A stretch of DNA of 43,108 nt, taken from positions 1 to 43,108 of the IMG/VR virus record IMGVR_UViG_3300032318_001718. One strand, given 5' to 3'. Both the position numbers and the translations under genes were made by a program. This DNA is from a virus. Lineage: Duplodnaviria; Caudoviricetes. Under the pieces are notes generated by a model. It was given only the letters and a program-made list of their open reading frames with translations. It did no database searches and was not told where the DNA came from. Positions within the stretch are counted from its first letter, which is position 1. The number at the start of each line of letters is the position of its first letter. Shown in pieces: positions 23,876-31,913 of this stretch.

Positions 23876-23952
23876 CATATTTAACATTAACAATAATATT
23901 TTTCGTACTGTTTTATTTAATTGTGGTTGTGACAGTAAAGGAGGAAAATTAA
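23872..23952 (+). CDS. 26-aa membrane micropeptide, copy 2
   Basis: MTYLTLTIIFFVLFYLIVVVTVKEEN*, ATGA-coupled. Confidence 0.75.
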   Translation: MTYLTLTIIFFVLFYLIVVVTVKEEN

Positions 23953-23953
23953 G

Positions 23954-24142
23954 ATGAAAGATATAATTATTGCATTAGGGCTGTTCTTTGGAACTCTGTT
24001 TGTGATTGTTTTTATAGGGTTGGTTATCGGTGCGATAGCCGGTGCTGTCACCAAGAATCAAGATCCCTGCACAGAGAAATACACAAGGTTTTTGACCTTC
24101 GCAGAAATGAAACGTTGCGAGGAAATATATAATCAAAAATAA
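23954..24142 (+). CDS. small membrane protein
   Basis: N-terminal hydrophobic helix. Confidence 0.65.
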   Translation: MKDIIIALGLFFGTLFVIVFIGLVIGAIAGAVTKNQDPCTEKYTRFLTFAEMKRCEEIYNQK

Positions 24143-24144
24143 TA

Positions 24145-24315
24145 ATGATTAAAGAAAAAACAAAAAATCAAGAAAGAGCCATTTACTTTTGCACAGACAA
24201 TCCTAAGATCGTAGAAAAAATAAAATTCTATCTTTGGTACGGGGATGTCTTTATAGGTTATATCCCAATGATAAAACTATTTCTATTACTGGAGATAGTA
24301 AATATCCTATTATAG
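24145..24315 (+). CDS. hypothetical protein (56 aa, not in ORF track)
   Basis: Fills the gap between neighbouring genes; ATG 2 nt after the upstream stop. Confidence 0.45.
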   Translation: MIKEKTKNQERAIYFCTDNPKIVEKIKFYLWYGDVFIGYIPMIKLFLLLEIVNILL

Positions 24316-24336
24316 TACACTAAACAGTAAAAAATA

Positions 24337-24567
24337 ATGGCAAAACTACTTAATCAAAAACAGCAAGACTACTGGATTAATGATGTTGCGGAAAGGCAGG
24401 TTTATTACGATATAATGAAAGCCACAAAGACCGCATTAGGTCAAGCTTATATAAATAGGCTTAATATTGAGAACCTGAATACCGAATTAATCCAACTCAA
24501 AAAAGAAATTAAGAAATTAAAGAAAGAAATTAAACATGGAGAAAACACACAGAGAAATAAAATTTAG
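24337..24567 (+). CDS. hypothetical coiled-coil protein
   Basis: 76-aa ORF. Confidence 0.6.
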   Translation: MAKLLNQKQQDYWINDVAERQVYYDIMKATKTALGQAYINRLNIENLNTELIQLKKEIKKLKKEIKHGENTQRNKI

Positions 24568-24970
24568 AGCTTGGGATCATAAAGAAAAAAAGATGTATCC
24601 AATGCAATGGTTAAATAGCCCAGTTGATTGGGAATGCGTATCACATCTTAATTATATTTTGGATGAGACCCTTAAAGATCTTCGTGACGAGATTTATGAT
24701 TCGTTCGAATTGTTACAATACACTGGGATGAAAGATAAGAATGGGAAGGAGATATATGAAGGAGATCTCGTAAAAGTCACCGACCAAGAAGATAACATCG
24801 GTAAAGAATATCCTAATACTGGTATTGGCGCAATTGAATGGCTTGATTGCTTAGGAGGTTGGTATATATCAAATATAGAAGATAGTTTGGCGGGCGTGCT
24901 TGATTATCAAAATATTGAAATCATCGGTGATATCTATCAAAACCCTGAATTATTAAAAAACAATGACTAA
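24536..24970 (+). CDS. YopX-family protein
   Basis: REIKFRAWD, LLQYTGMKDKNGKEIYEGD, EIIGDIYQNPELL. Confidence 0.93.
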   Translation: MEKTHREIKFRAWDHKEKKMYPMQWLNSPVDWECVSHLNYILDETLKDLRDEIYDSFELLQYTGMKDKNGKEIYEGDLVKVTDQEDNIGKEYPNTGIGAIEWLDCLGGWYISNIEDSLAGVLDYQNIEIIGDIYQNPELLKNND

Positions 24971-25145
24971 AATCGCAATGCAAACCAAATGTATTTATTG
25001 CTTACATGAGCAACATGCTCCATTGGTTTATGGAATCTCTAGGGGCAAGCACCCGTGTTGGTGGTGTGGTCTAACACCGCCCAAACTAACTCAAGAAGAA
25101 TACGAAGAGATAATCAAACAGAAAAAAGATGAAACTAAAAGTTAA
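24963..25145 (+). CDS. small zinc-binding protein
   Basis: CIYC...CWWC. Confidence 0.6.
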   Translation: MTKIAMQTKCIYCLHEQHAPLVYGISRGKHPCWWCGLTPPKLTQEEYEEIIKQKKDETKS

Positions 25146-25341
25146 ATACTACTTTGGAGATGAAGTCCAAACACTGCTAAGTGATAGTAAACTAATAATA
25201 ATGAGAATGGACATCAGGCTGGATGGTACGGTTAATTATGGATGTTTAAATGAATCAGGTGATATCGTATGGCACTTCGGTTATGAATTGAAGAAGTCTA
25301 AAAAGGAGAGAGTAATTGGTATAGTCAAGTCTAGTGATTAA
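25129..25341 (+). CDS. hypothetical protein
   Basis: 70-aa ORF, last gene of the early block. Confidence 0.6.
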   Translation: MKLKVKYYFGDEVQTLLSDSKLIIMRMDIRLDGTVNYGCLNESGDIVWHFGYELKKSKKERVIGIVKSSD

Positions 25342-25348
25342 ATATTAA

Positions 25349-25801
25349 TTACTTTAGTGGAGCATCATCAAAAATACCACCTTGTGGCACAGCTAGGGTC
25401 CCAAAATATATATCACGTAACCAGTTTAATTCACGCCACATAATTTCTGGACAATCTTTGTTTTCCATCTCAGAAAAATGGAAATGTACTTCTGATTCGA
25501 TCGCCTTATCGAATCTATCACCATTTGTCCAATAATCGGAAAATACTCTTTTAATAATATCCTTTAGCGCTTTACTTTGTCGTTCATTTACGATGAATGC
25601 ATCAATAAGTGTTAGGACATCACCTTCTAATTTCCTAGTTAATTGACCTCTTTTTAGGAGTAAATTCCAAAGTCTTGAGGAAAATGGAAGTACATAATTA
25701 GGATCGAAACAATTTATATCTGCAGGAATAGTTTCTTCAATATTATCTGCACACAGTTCTTTTTGTTTTATACTTGACATAACTTGACTATACACAAACA
25801 A
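25349..25801 (-). CDS. hypothetical protein with its own putative extended -10 promoter
   Basis: 150-aa ORF; TGGTAGAAT on the minus strand near 25820. Confidence 0.65.
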   Translation of the reverse strand: MFVYSQVMSSIKQKELCADNIEETIPADINCFDPNYVLPFSSRLWNLLLKRGQLTRKLEGDVLTLIDAFIVNERQSKALKDIIKRVFSDYWTNGDRFDKAIESEVHFHFSEMENKDCPEIMWRELNWLRDIYFGTLAVPQGGIFDDAPLK

Positions 25802-25928
25802 CTAGACTTGACTGATATATTCTACCACAACATCCTAGGAATTTAAACGATCCTGTTACTGTTCTTTTTTATTTAGTCTGTTCCTAATTGTAAACTAATT
25901 ATCAACTTAGTTTATTTAATTGTAAACC

Positions 25929-25957
25929 AAAAAATCCCCCTTATTTCTAAGAGGGAT
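25929..25957 (-). terminator. intrinsic terminator
   Basis: ATCCCTCTTA-GAAA-TAAGGGGGAT stem (G-U pair on the minus strand) followed by a T run. Confidence 0.75.
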
Positions 25958-26030
25958 ACTTTTCTACTAACTGCTTCACTTATAGAGGCATTCACGGTCG
26001 GTCGAAACCTTAGGCTAATCCTCTCATCGT
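25929..26030 (-). ncRNA. candidate ~100-nt small RNA
   Basis: Bounded by a TTTACA-17-TATAAT promoter and the terminator; no ORF longer than a few codons seen. Confidence 0.5.
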
Positions 26031-26035
26031 GATAC

Positions 26036-26064
26036 ATTATACATATTCGATGTGTTTTTGTAAA
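26036..26064 (-). promoter_or_regulatory. sigma70 promoter TTTACA-17-TATAAT
   Basis: Perfect -10, 5/6 -35, 17-bp spacer. Confidence 0.7.
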
Positions 26065-26074
26065 ACGCTATTTA

Positions 26075-26290
26075 TTAAAAAGTCAACAGATACGTAAGAA
26101 ATCCTATGGCGTCTTTGGGACATGAAATTAATTTCGGAGACATTACTATTATGCTGTTGTGTTTAGTCTCCTTTTGGTGGTCTCCGAACACATGCAATAG
26201 ATATAAAGATGTATATTGAGCATTTAATCCCTTAACATTTTCTATCTCTTGATGAAAATCACACTGAGAACATTGAAAAATTGTCTTCAT
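26075..26290 (-). CDS. small zinc-finger-like protein
   Basis: CSQC...HQKETKH. Confidence 0.6.
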   Translation of the reverse strand: MKTIFQCSQCDFHQEIENVKGLNAQYTSLYLLHVFGDHQKETKHNSIIVMSPKLISCPKDAIGFLTYLLTF

Positions 26291-26296
26291 AATTTA

Positions 26297-27442
26297 TTAT
26301 TTGTTTTGTAACTCTAATCTTTTTTGTTTGTCTTTTAACCAACCAATGATTAATGACTTGATTATAGCACCTCCGATAAGAGTTCCACCAATTGTATAAT
26401 CAGGGATATTCGTTTTGTTTAATACCTCAATAGCTATGGGAATTAATACAGTTACATAGCCAATATTTGGTAATATATATTGTTTAACCCAGTTTTGTTT
26501 GCCCCATCGAGTGATGAATTTTGTTTCCCAATCCTTCAGAAGTTTAAGCTTCAGCGTCGATAATGAGATAGATACTGATTGTGGCTGTTCTTTCGCAAGT
26601 CTTAATTGCTCTCGTAAGTCTCTGATGATGTTTGTATCATCTTGTATTGTCATATTAAGTCCATCTATTATAAGATTTTTGTCTCTGATATCTGTCGTGT
26701 AATTACCGATAACCATCTCTAACTCTTTTTTGTTGTTGTTAAGTGTGGAGATTAATCCTTCTTTATTCTGTAGTTCGTCTTGCAGTGCGTTTATCTTAGC
26801 ATCTAGCATAGATATCTCGACTTCCTGCTTTGCGATAATTGTTCCTTGATCATTGTTCGTGCGTACTTGTATTACCATACCAGCGAAAAGATTAAGTTCG
26901 TGCCACGTTTTAGCACCGTTAAGCTGTGCTATAGCAGTCCATCTATTCTCTTCTGCATAATCTGGGAATCCGGCAGCCTTTGCAACGTTATATAATCCCC
27001 ATCCTGGTTGTACTGTTATTGTATTTTCCATGTTTATTTTTTTATCTATATTTTGTTTTATATATATCTCTGGATCGTAGGTCCGATATGGATTGTAAGA
27101 TTCTATTGCGAAATGGACGTGAGGTCCCGTAGCCTTGCCAGTTTTGCCAACTAGAGCAATAGTCATACCCTCCCTAACTTTATCGCCTACATATACCAGA
27201 TTTTGTGAATTATGATGATATACAGATACTGCCATATCATCGTGTCGTATTTTAACGGTTTTAGAGCCATCGTTATTCGTGGTGCTTACTATAACTACAC
27301 CATCAGCTATAGCCTGTATTGGTGTTCCTTCTTTAGCGGCTATATCTAACGCCCCATGTATATTATTACCCCAAAGAGCCGTATTTCTATCATTATAACG
27401 TGCTGTTATTTTGTATTTATTGATATCTAACGGATAGATCAT
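26297..27442 (-). CDS. endolysin: M23 peptidase + LysM-like + coiled coil + C-terminal hydrophobic segments
   Basis: HGALD and GPHVHF M23 motifs; TITVQPGWGLYNVA...IAQLNG LysM-like; probable start MIYPLD at 27442. Confidence 0.85.
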   Translation of the reverse strand: MIYPLDINKYKITARYNDRNTALWGNNIHGALDIAAKEGTPIQAIADGVVIVSTTNNDGSKTVKIRHDDMAVSVYHHNSQNLVYVGDKVREGMTIALVGKTGKATGPHVHFAIESYNPYRTYDPEIYIKQNIDKKINMENTITVQPGWGLYNVAKAAGFPDYAEENRWTAIAQLNGAKTWHELNLFAGMVIQVRTNNDQGTIIAKQEVEISMLDAKINALQDELQNKEGLISTLNNNKKELEMVIGNYTTDIRDKNLIIDGLNMTIQDDTNIIRDLREQLRLAKEQPQSVSISLSTLKLKLLKDWETKFITRWGKQNWVKQYILPNIGYVTVLIPIAIEVLNKTNIPDYTIGGTLIGGAIIKSLIIGWLKDKQKRLELQNK

Positions 27443-27444
27443 GT

Positions 27445-27765
27445 CTATTTCTTTATTAAAAATGCTAATCCCACATTTAGTATCGTGATTATCGAACCCC
27501 ACACAACAGAATCAATTTTATTTGATGTTTTACGGATTGGTTTAAAATTCTCGTGGAGCCTAGTTATACTTACTTCTATCGAGCCGAGTTTCGTATCAAA
27601 TGATTTTAATTTTTCGTCTATTCGCTGTTCTACTTTGAGTATAGATAATTCGGCGGCGTCCTTTGTGATACAAGACGAAGATATATTTTCTAATTTTTCG
27701 ACAATAAATTTATACTGTGTTTTTAACTCTGTGATATCTTGCATTGTAGATGATGGATTAGCCAC
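27445..27765 (-). CDS. holin-like/coiled-coil protein with C-terminal TM
   Basis: Immediately upstream of the endolysin; VVWGSIITILNVGLAFLI. Confidence 0.55.
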   Translation of the reverse strand: MANPSSTMQDITELKTQYKFIVEKLENISSSCITKDAAELSILKVEQRIDEKLKSFDTKLGSIEVSITRLHENFKPIRKTSNKIDSVVWGSIITILNVGLAFLIKK

Positions 27766-29918
27766 TATTGTGAATAGTTAAGTAATAGATTAGATAAATT
27801 AGTATCTTGATTATTGGTAGTGCTTCCGCCTCTTATTCTGTCAGCGACATCATTAAACATGTATTCTAATTCATTGAATTTATAGTCAATGGTATCTGGA
27901 TCGTCGAAAGTAGTTGGAAGTAATTCTAAGAATTTTTTAGTTTCGTCGTCATTTATCGCCGCCCCACTTCTAAGACGACCAACGATATCTGATACATTTT
28001 TTCTCGCTGTTTCAAGCACCCTAGCGTCTTTTGGTCTAATGATATTAGGCAGGTTAGAAGTAAATAAAGTACTTTTATTTTTTGATAGTATATCCCGCAT
28101 CGTGCTAATGGATCTAAGACCGGATTCTGCGTTCGATATGACTTTAGAGGCCTCCGCCGACAACGGTTTTGTCTGTACGTTATTAGGAACTGGCATACCA
28201 AGCATCTCCATTAATGAATTAGCTTCCTTAAGTGCTTCTGTAGGAGTATAAGCGGGATTACCTTTAGAATCAGTTTGCGATAAAAATTTTTGTGCTATCT
28301 CTGCACGCTTCGCTAATAAGGCGTCTCGCAACGGAACCTGAGACATGCCATTATCACCTGTTTGTGGATTTACAGTAGGGTCGGCTGGGTATCCTAATAC
28401 GGCAGGATCAAATCCTAATATATTTGTATCGTATTGAGGCAACTGTGAGTTCGTATTGCCGCCCAATAATTGATCCGCTAATTTTGCCCCAGTTACACCT
28501 TGTACTACTGGATTTTTAAGTATAGGAGCTATTCTATCAGCGATACTATTATTAACAATTTTATTTGTGAATCGTGATATCTTGCTTGGTTGTGCGACTT
28601 GGTTTTGGAAATTCCCAGTTAGCTGTAATCCCTTTTTGCCGATAAAACTTCTAACCTGATCCGACATCCTTTTAGCCGGTATCATTTCTCCAATGATACT
28701 TTTCCCTAAGCCACCACTAGTATTACCATTTAAAGCATTTAAAGTCTTTCTGCCAGTCGCTTCCTGCGACTTATATAAAGACGACATAACAGTATTATAT
28801 TTATTGTATTCTGGTACAGCTTGCCCTAATTTATTATTAATATCGTCTAATAAAACCTGCTTGGCTTGCATTAGTGGACCTTCTTTAGCTGATTTTGTTG
28901 CGTTCCTTATTTGCGTTTTTAGTTCTACTGCTATTTGATTTAAATCTGGCAACGCAAAAGTCTTTTTGCCCTCAACTTCATTAATAATAGTTCCAAATTT
29001 ACTTTGTGATATAAAATTTTTTAAACCAGCTTGTAATTCTTCTCTAGTTATATTTTTAGAAGAATTAAGAGCAACGTCGTTCAGTGATTGTGATAAGCCA
29101 CTCAAAAGATCATCGCTTACTATATTAATAGGATTATTTTTATATGCCTGTTCAATTACTCCGTTTCTTTGTTCTGCTATTCTTCCGATAGCATTTTTTA
29201 TACCTTTTTCCGTATTTTTTTCTCCCAAAGAATTCAGAATCCTCTGGTTATCCAGTAGCACTTGTGGTTTATCTATAATGTCTTTTGTGCCCTTTACCCC
29301 CAACGTAGCTGCCTGTCTACTAGTAAAAATTTCGTTAGCCCTGCTCTGCTCTTTACCGAGTTGGTTATAAATAGAATCAATATCTATATCTTTACCTGCA
29401 TTACTAGCAATCTTGTTAGTTGCCCCACCAGCACCTTTATTAGCCAACTTACCAACTAATTTCCCCGCTCCTTTTAATGCCGCTCCTGTGGCGAAACCAC
29501 CAGCAGCTCCAGTTGCAGTACTGGTCAATAAATCAGATAGGTTATTAGTTTTAGAATCAGATAGCCCGTACATACCACCAGCTAGTGCTGCTCCTTTTAA
29601 ACCCATAGCTCCGGGTACAAAGTAGCTGGCTGAGCCAACGGCACTCTTACCGACATCAACAATTGGATTATTAATCATATTGGTGTATTCGTCCGCTGTT
29701 AGATATTTTGGCTGATAAGAAGTGCCAGACTGCATTGCATCCGCATAACGTTTAGATTCCGCAGCTTTATTGATTAAATCTTGTACAGGAGAAAATATAG
29801 TTCCCAATAACCCTCTATCTCTTTGGGTATATTTATCAATAGTACCGTCACCAACATCAGTGATTGGATTATTCTTAATCCAATCTAAAGCATCTTGTCC
29901 TGTTAATATATCTGGCAT
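27765..29918 (-). CDS. large internal virion (DNA ejection) protein
   Basis: 717 aa, helical, Gly/Ala-rich hydrophobic segments, podovirus synteny. Confidence 0.65.
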   Translation of the reverse strand: MPDILTGQDALDWIKNNPITDVGDGTIDKYTQRDRGLLGTIFSPVQDLINKAAESKRYADAMQSGTSYQPKYLTADEYTNMINNPIVDVGKSAVGSASYFVPGAMGLKGAALAGGMYGLSDSKTNNLSDLLTSTATGAAGGFATGAALKGAGKLVGKLANKGAGGATNKIASNAGKDIDIDSIYNQLGKEQSRANEIFTSRQAATLGVKGTKDIIDKPQVLLDNQRILNSLGEKNTEKGIKNAIGRIAEQRNGVIEQAYKNNPINIVSDDLLSGLSQSLNDVALNSSKNITREELQAGLKNFISQSKFGTIINEVEGKKTFALPDLNQIAVELKTQIRNATKSAKEGPLMQAKQVLLDDINNKLGQAVPEYNKYNTVMSSLYKSQEATGRKTLNALNGNTSGGLGKSIIGEMIPAKRMSDQVRSFIGKKGLQLTGNFQNQVAQPSKISRFTNKIVNNSIADRIAPILKNPVVQGVTGAKLADQLLGGNTNSQLPQYDTNILGFDPAVLGYPADPTVNPQTGDNGMSQVPLRDALLAKRAEIAQKFLSQTDSKGNPAYTPTEALKEANSLMEMLGMPVPNNVQTKPLSAEASKVISNAESGLRSISTMRDILSKNKSTLFTSNLPNIIRPKDARVLETARKNVSDIVGRLRSGAAINDDETKKFLELLPTTFDDPDTIDYKFNELEYMFNDVADRIRGGSTTNNQDTNLSNLLLNYSQ

Positions 29919-29929
29919 AATATTATTTC

Positions 29930-30823
29930 TTAAAACCCACGTGATAAATTTCCCACCTTGCTAAATAAGCTATTAATATCCCCAAGAAGTCCGCCCCCTG
30001 CTCTCTTTAATGAAGAAGATTGCCCCGTTATATACTTGAATGTATCTGCAAATGGACTAGCAAAAGTTGCTAATGCATTAGCATTCTGCGGCTTTAAGGA
30101 TTCTTCGCCTTGTAATATAGGTGTCCCATCTGGCCGGATACCAACAACGATCTTCCCATTATAATTAGCACCCATCTTAAATGGCTTCCATTCATATTTA
30201 GGACTTCCATCTGGATTTTTACCAGTTACCCACGTTTGTCCAGTCGCATTATTAGTTGAACTTATTCCGTCTAATTTCCCAGGAGCCTCTGACGACTTAT
30301 TTGCCGCAGCAATCAATTGTTTATAATAATTTGCTTGATCGTTTGTGGCTTTAGCTTGTATAGCTCTTTGTTTATCAGCTTCTTCTTGTTGCAGTGCAGA
30401 TTGATATAAAGGATTAACAATATTTAGCCTATCTAATATGCTCTGTCTTCCTAAATCATATTGGCTCGCTGTTGTGTTCGCCAAGTCTTGTATTCTACCT
30501 CCCTGAGCGTTTATCAAGTCTCCCATTGTGTTTGCCGTGCCATATAATCTTCCAACTTGACCTAGCATAGAGCTTAGTCTGCTACTAGCACTTGGACCTT
30601 GTGAAGGATCGTTGCCGTAAGCCTTGTAATAATCATCTAATACTGTTGCTGGTGCCGCATAGGCTTGTGCTTCAGTGCGACGTAGGTCCTGATACTGAGG
30701 CTTCATGAAATCAACTCGTGACATTAAATCTTTATATACTTCATTTGGATCAATCGGCGTATATGCTCCCAGTTTATCTTTGAGCCCTACTATTTCATTG
30801 TATAAATTTTGACTATTTGGCAT
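29930..30823 (-). CDS. putative ejection protein
   Basis: Q/A/N-rich helical protein, synteny. Confidence 0.55.
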   Translation of the reverse strand: MPNSQNLYNEIVGLKDKLGAYTPIDPNEVYKDLMSRVDFMKPQYQDLRRTEAQAYAAPATVLDDYYKAYGNDPSQGPSASSRLSSMLGQVGRLYGTANTMGDLINAQGGRIQDLANTTASQYDLGRQSILDRLNIVNPLYQSALQQEEADKQRAIQAKATNDQANYYKQLIAAANKSSEAPGKLDGISSTNNATGQTWVTGKNPDGSPKYEWKPFKMGANYNGKIVVGIRPDGTPILQGEESLKPQNANALATFASPFADTFKYITGQSSSLKRAGGGLLGDINSLFSKVGNLSRGF

Positions 30824-30824
30824 G

Positions 30825-31295
30825 TTATTTTCCTAAATTATTTAATGCTGTTGGCGAATTGCTAATATCACCTATTTTCTTATTGTATCCTTGACGTATC
30901 ATTTCTTCATACATGTTTCTTGTAGAATCTAATTGATCTTGATAAGTTCTTTCTACCCCAGATAATGACCTTTTATATAGTTTCGGTGCGTTGCCCATCA
31001 TCCACGAATTACTTGTTGCGGCGGTATTCCTATATCCAGATTTAAACGGATTCAAGGTGGTATATTCAAATTGAGGTCGCATAGTATCCTTTACAAATTG
31101 ATTCAAAACTTCTCTTTGCGGTGCGGCATAAGTATCATATGGAAGCGTAGAAGACCAAGAAGCTTGTGGCGTCAAGAAGTTACCTATCTTTGATATTAAA
31201 GAGCTCACAATAGAATTATTGCCAAGAGTACTCCTATAGTTCTGAGACGGAACAGATATGTCAATATTCGGTTGCGAAAAATACAATGGTCCCAT
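30825..31295 (-). CDS. putative small ejection protein
   Basis: Synteny and composition. Confidence 0.5.
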   Translation of the reverse strand: MGPLYFSQPNIDISVPSQNYRSTLGNNSIVSSLISKIGNFLTPQASWSSTLPYDTYAAPQREVLNQFVKDTMRPQFEYTTLNPFKSGYRNTAATSNSWMMGNAPKLYKRSLSGVERTYQDQLDSTRNMYEEMIRQGYNKKIGDISNSPTALNNLGK

Positions 31296-31303
31296 ATTTA
31301 CCT

Positions 31304-31335
31304 AAGCATGGAGAAAATCATTGCTAAAAGTAAAG
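31304..31335 (-). promoter_or_regulatory. third copy of the late-promoter motif (TTTACTTTTAGCAA)
   Basis: Upstream of the ejection gene cluster, immediately after the inverted gene. Confidence 0.5.
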
Positions 31336-31370
31336 GGCTACTTGTGTTGTGTGATATAATATCTTATCTA

Positions 31371-31913
31371 ATGTTAATAACAATATTAATAAACATAATA
31401 TACATTATAACGCCATACATGACTGGGGATATTGATCTATCAGTATTAAGACCAAAACAACCCGCCGCAATAGTTACTCCAACCCCCACTCCTACACCGT
31501 CACCAGTTGTTAAAGTAAAACCAAGTACGGTTAGTAAGCCAGTCCCCAAGAAGATTATTGTTACTCCGACTCCAACACCAACAGTGGATTTAAAATCAAT
31601 CTACTCAGGAGGGATACCATCAACAACCGAGTTCCAACCCGTATTAGATAAAATTTGTACCGTGTTTCCAAGTGGGGATCCATGCTTTCATGCGTCACAA
31701 AGAGCGATACATTTTAAGCCATATCTAGGCAAAAGAGGTTATAATTATGGCGTATTAGGAATAAAATGCACAGATTATATTCTTGAAAAAGGTCTAATTA
31801 AAGATTTAATCAACGACTGTTCTGATTTATTTGATATAGATAAGAATATTGAGGTAGGATACTTTTTATACACACACGATAATTTAAAAAGTTTCCGTGG
31901 ATATTCTAACTAA
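31371..31913 (+). CDS. inverted membrane-anchored protein with Pro/Thr linker and degenerate lysozyme/SLT-like C-terminal domain
   Basis: Hydrophobic N-terminus, TPTPTPTPSP linkers, NYGVLGI and DLFDIDKNIEVGYFLY; TGATATAAT at 31352-31360 favours the ATG at 31371. Confidence 0.6.
   Translation: MLITILINIIYIITPYMTGDIDLSVLRPKQPAAIVTPTPTPTPSPVVKVKPSTVSKPVPKKIIVTPTPTPTVDLKSIYSGGIPSTTEFQPVLDKICTVFPSGDPCFHASQRAIHFKPYLGKRGYNYGVLGIKCTDYILEKGLIKDLINDCSDLFDIDKNIEVGYFLYTHDNLKSFRGYSN

Noticed and set aside
25975-26030. preQ1 riboswitch or hammerhead ribozyme (AGAGG...CCTCTATAA, GAAAC)
   Set aside because: Loop too long and no A-rich tail for preQ1-I; no CUGANGA core for a hammerhead
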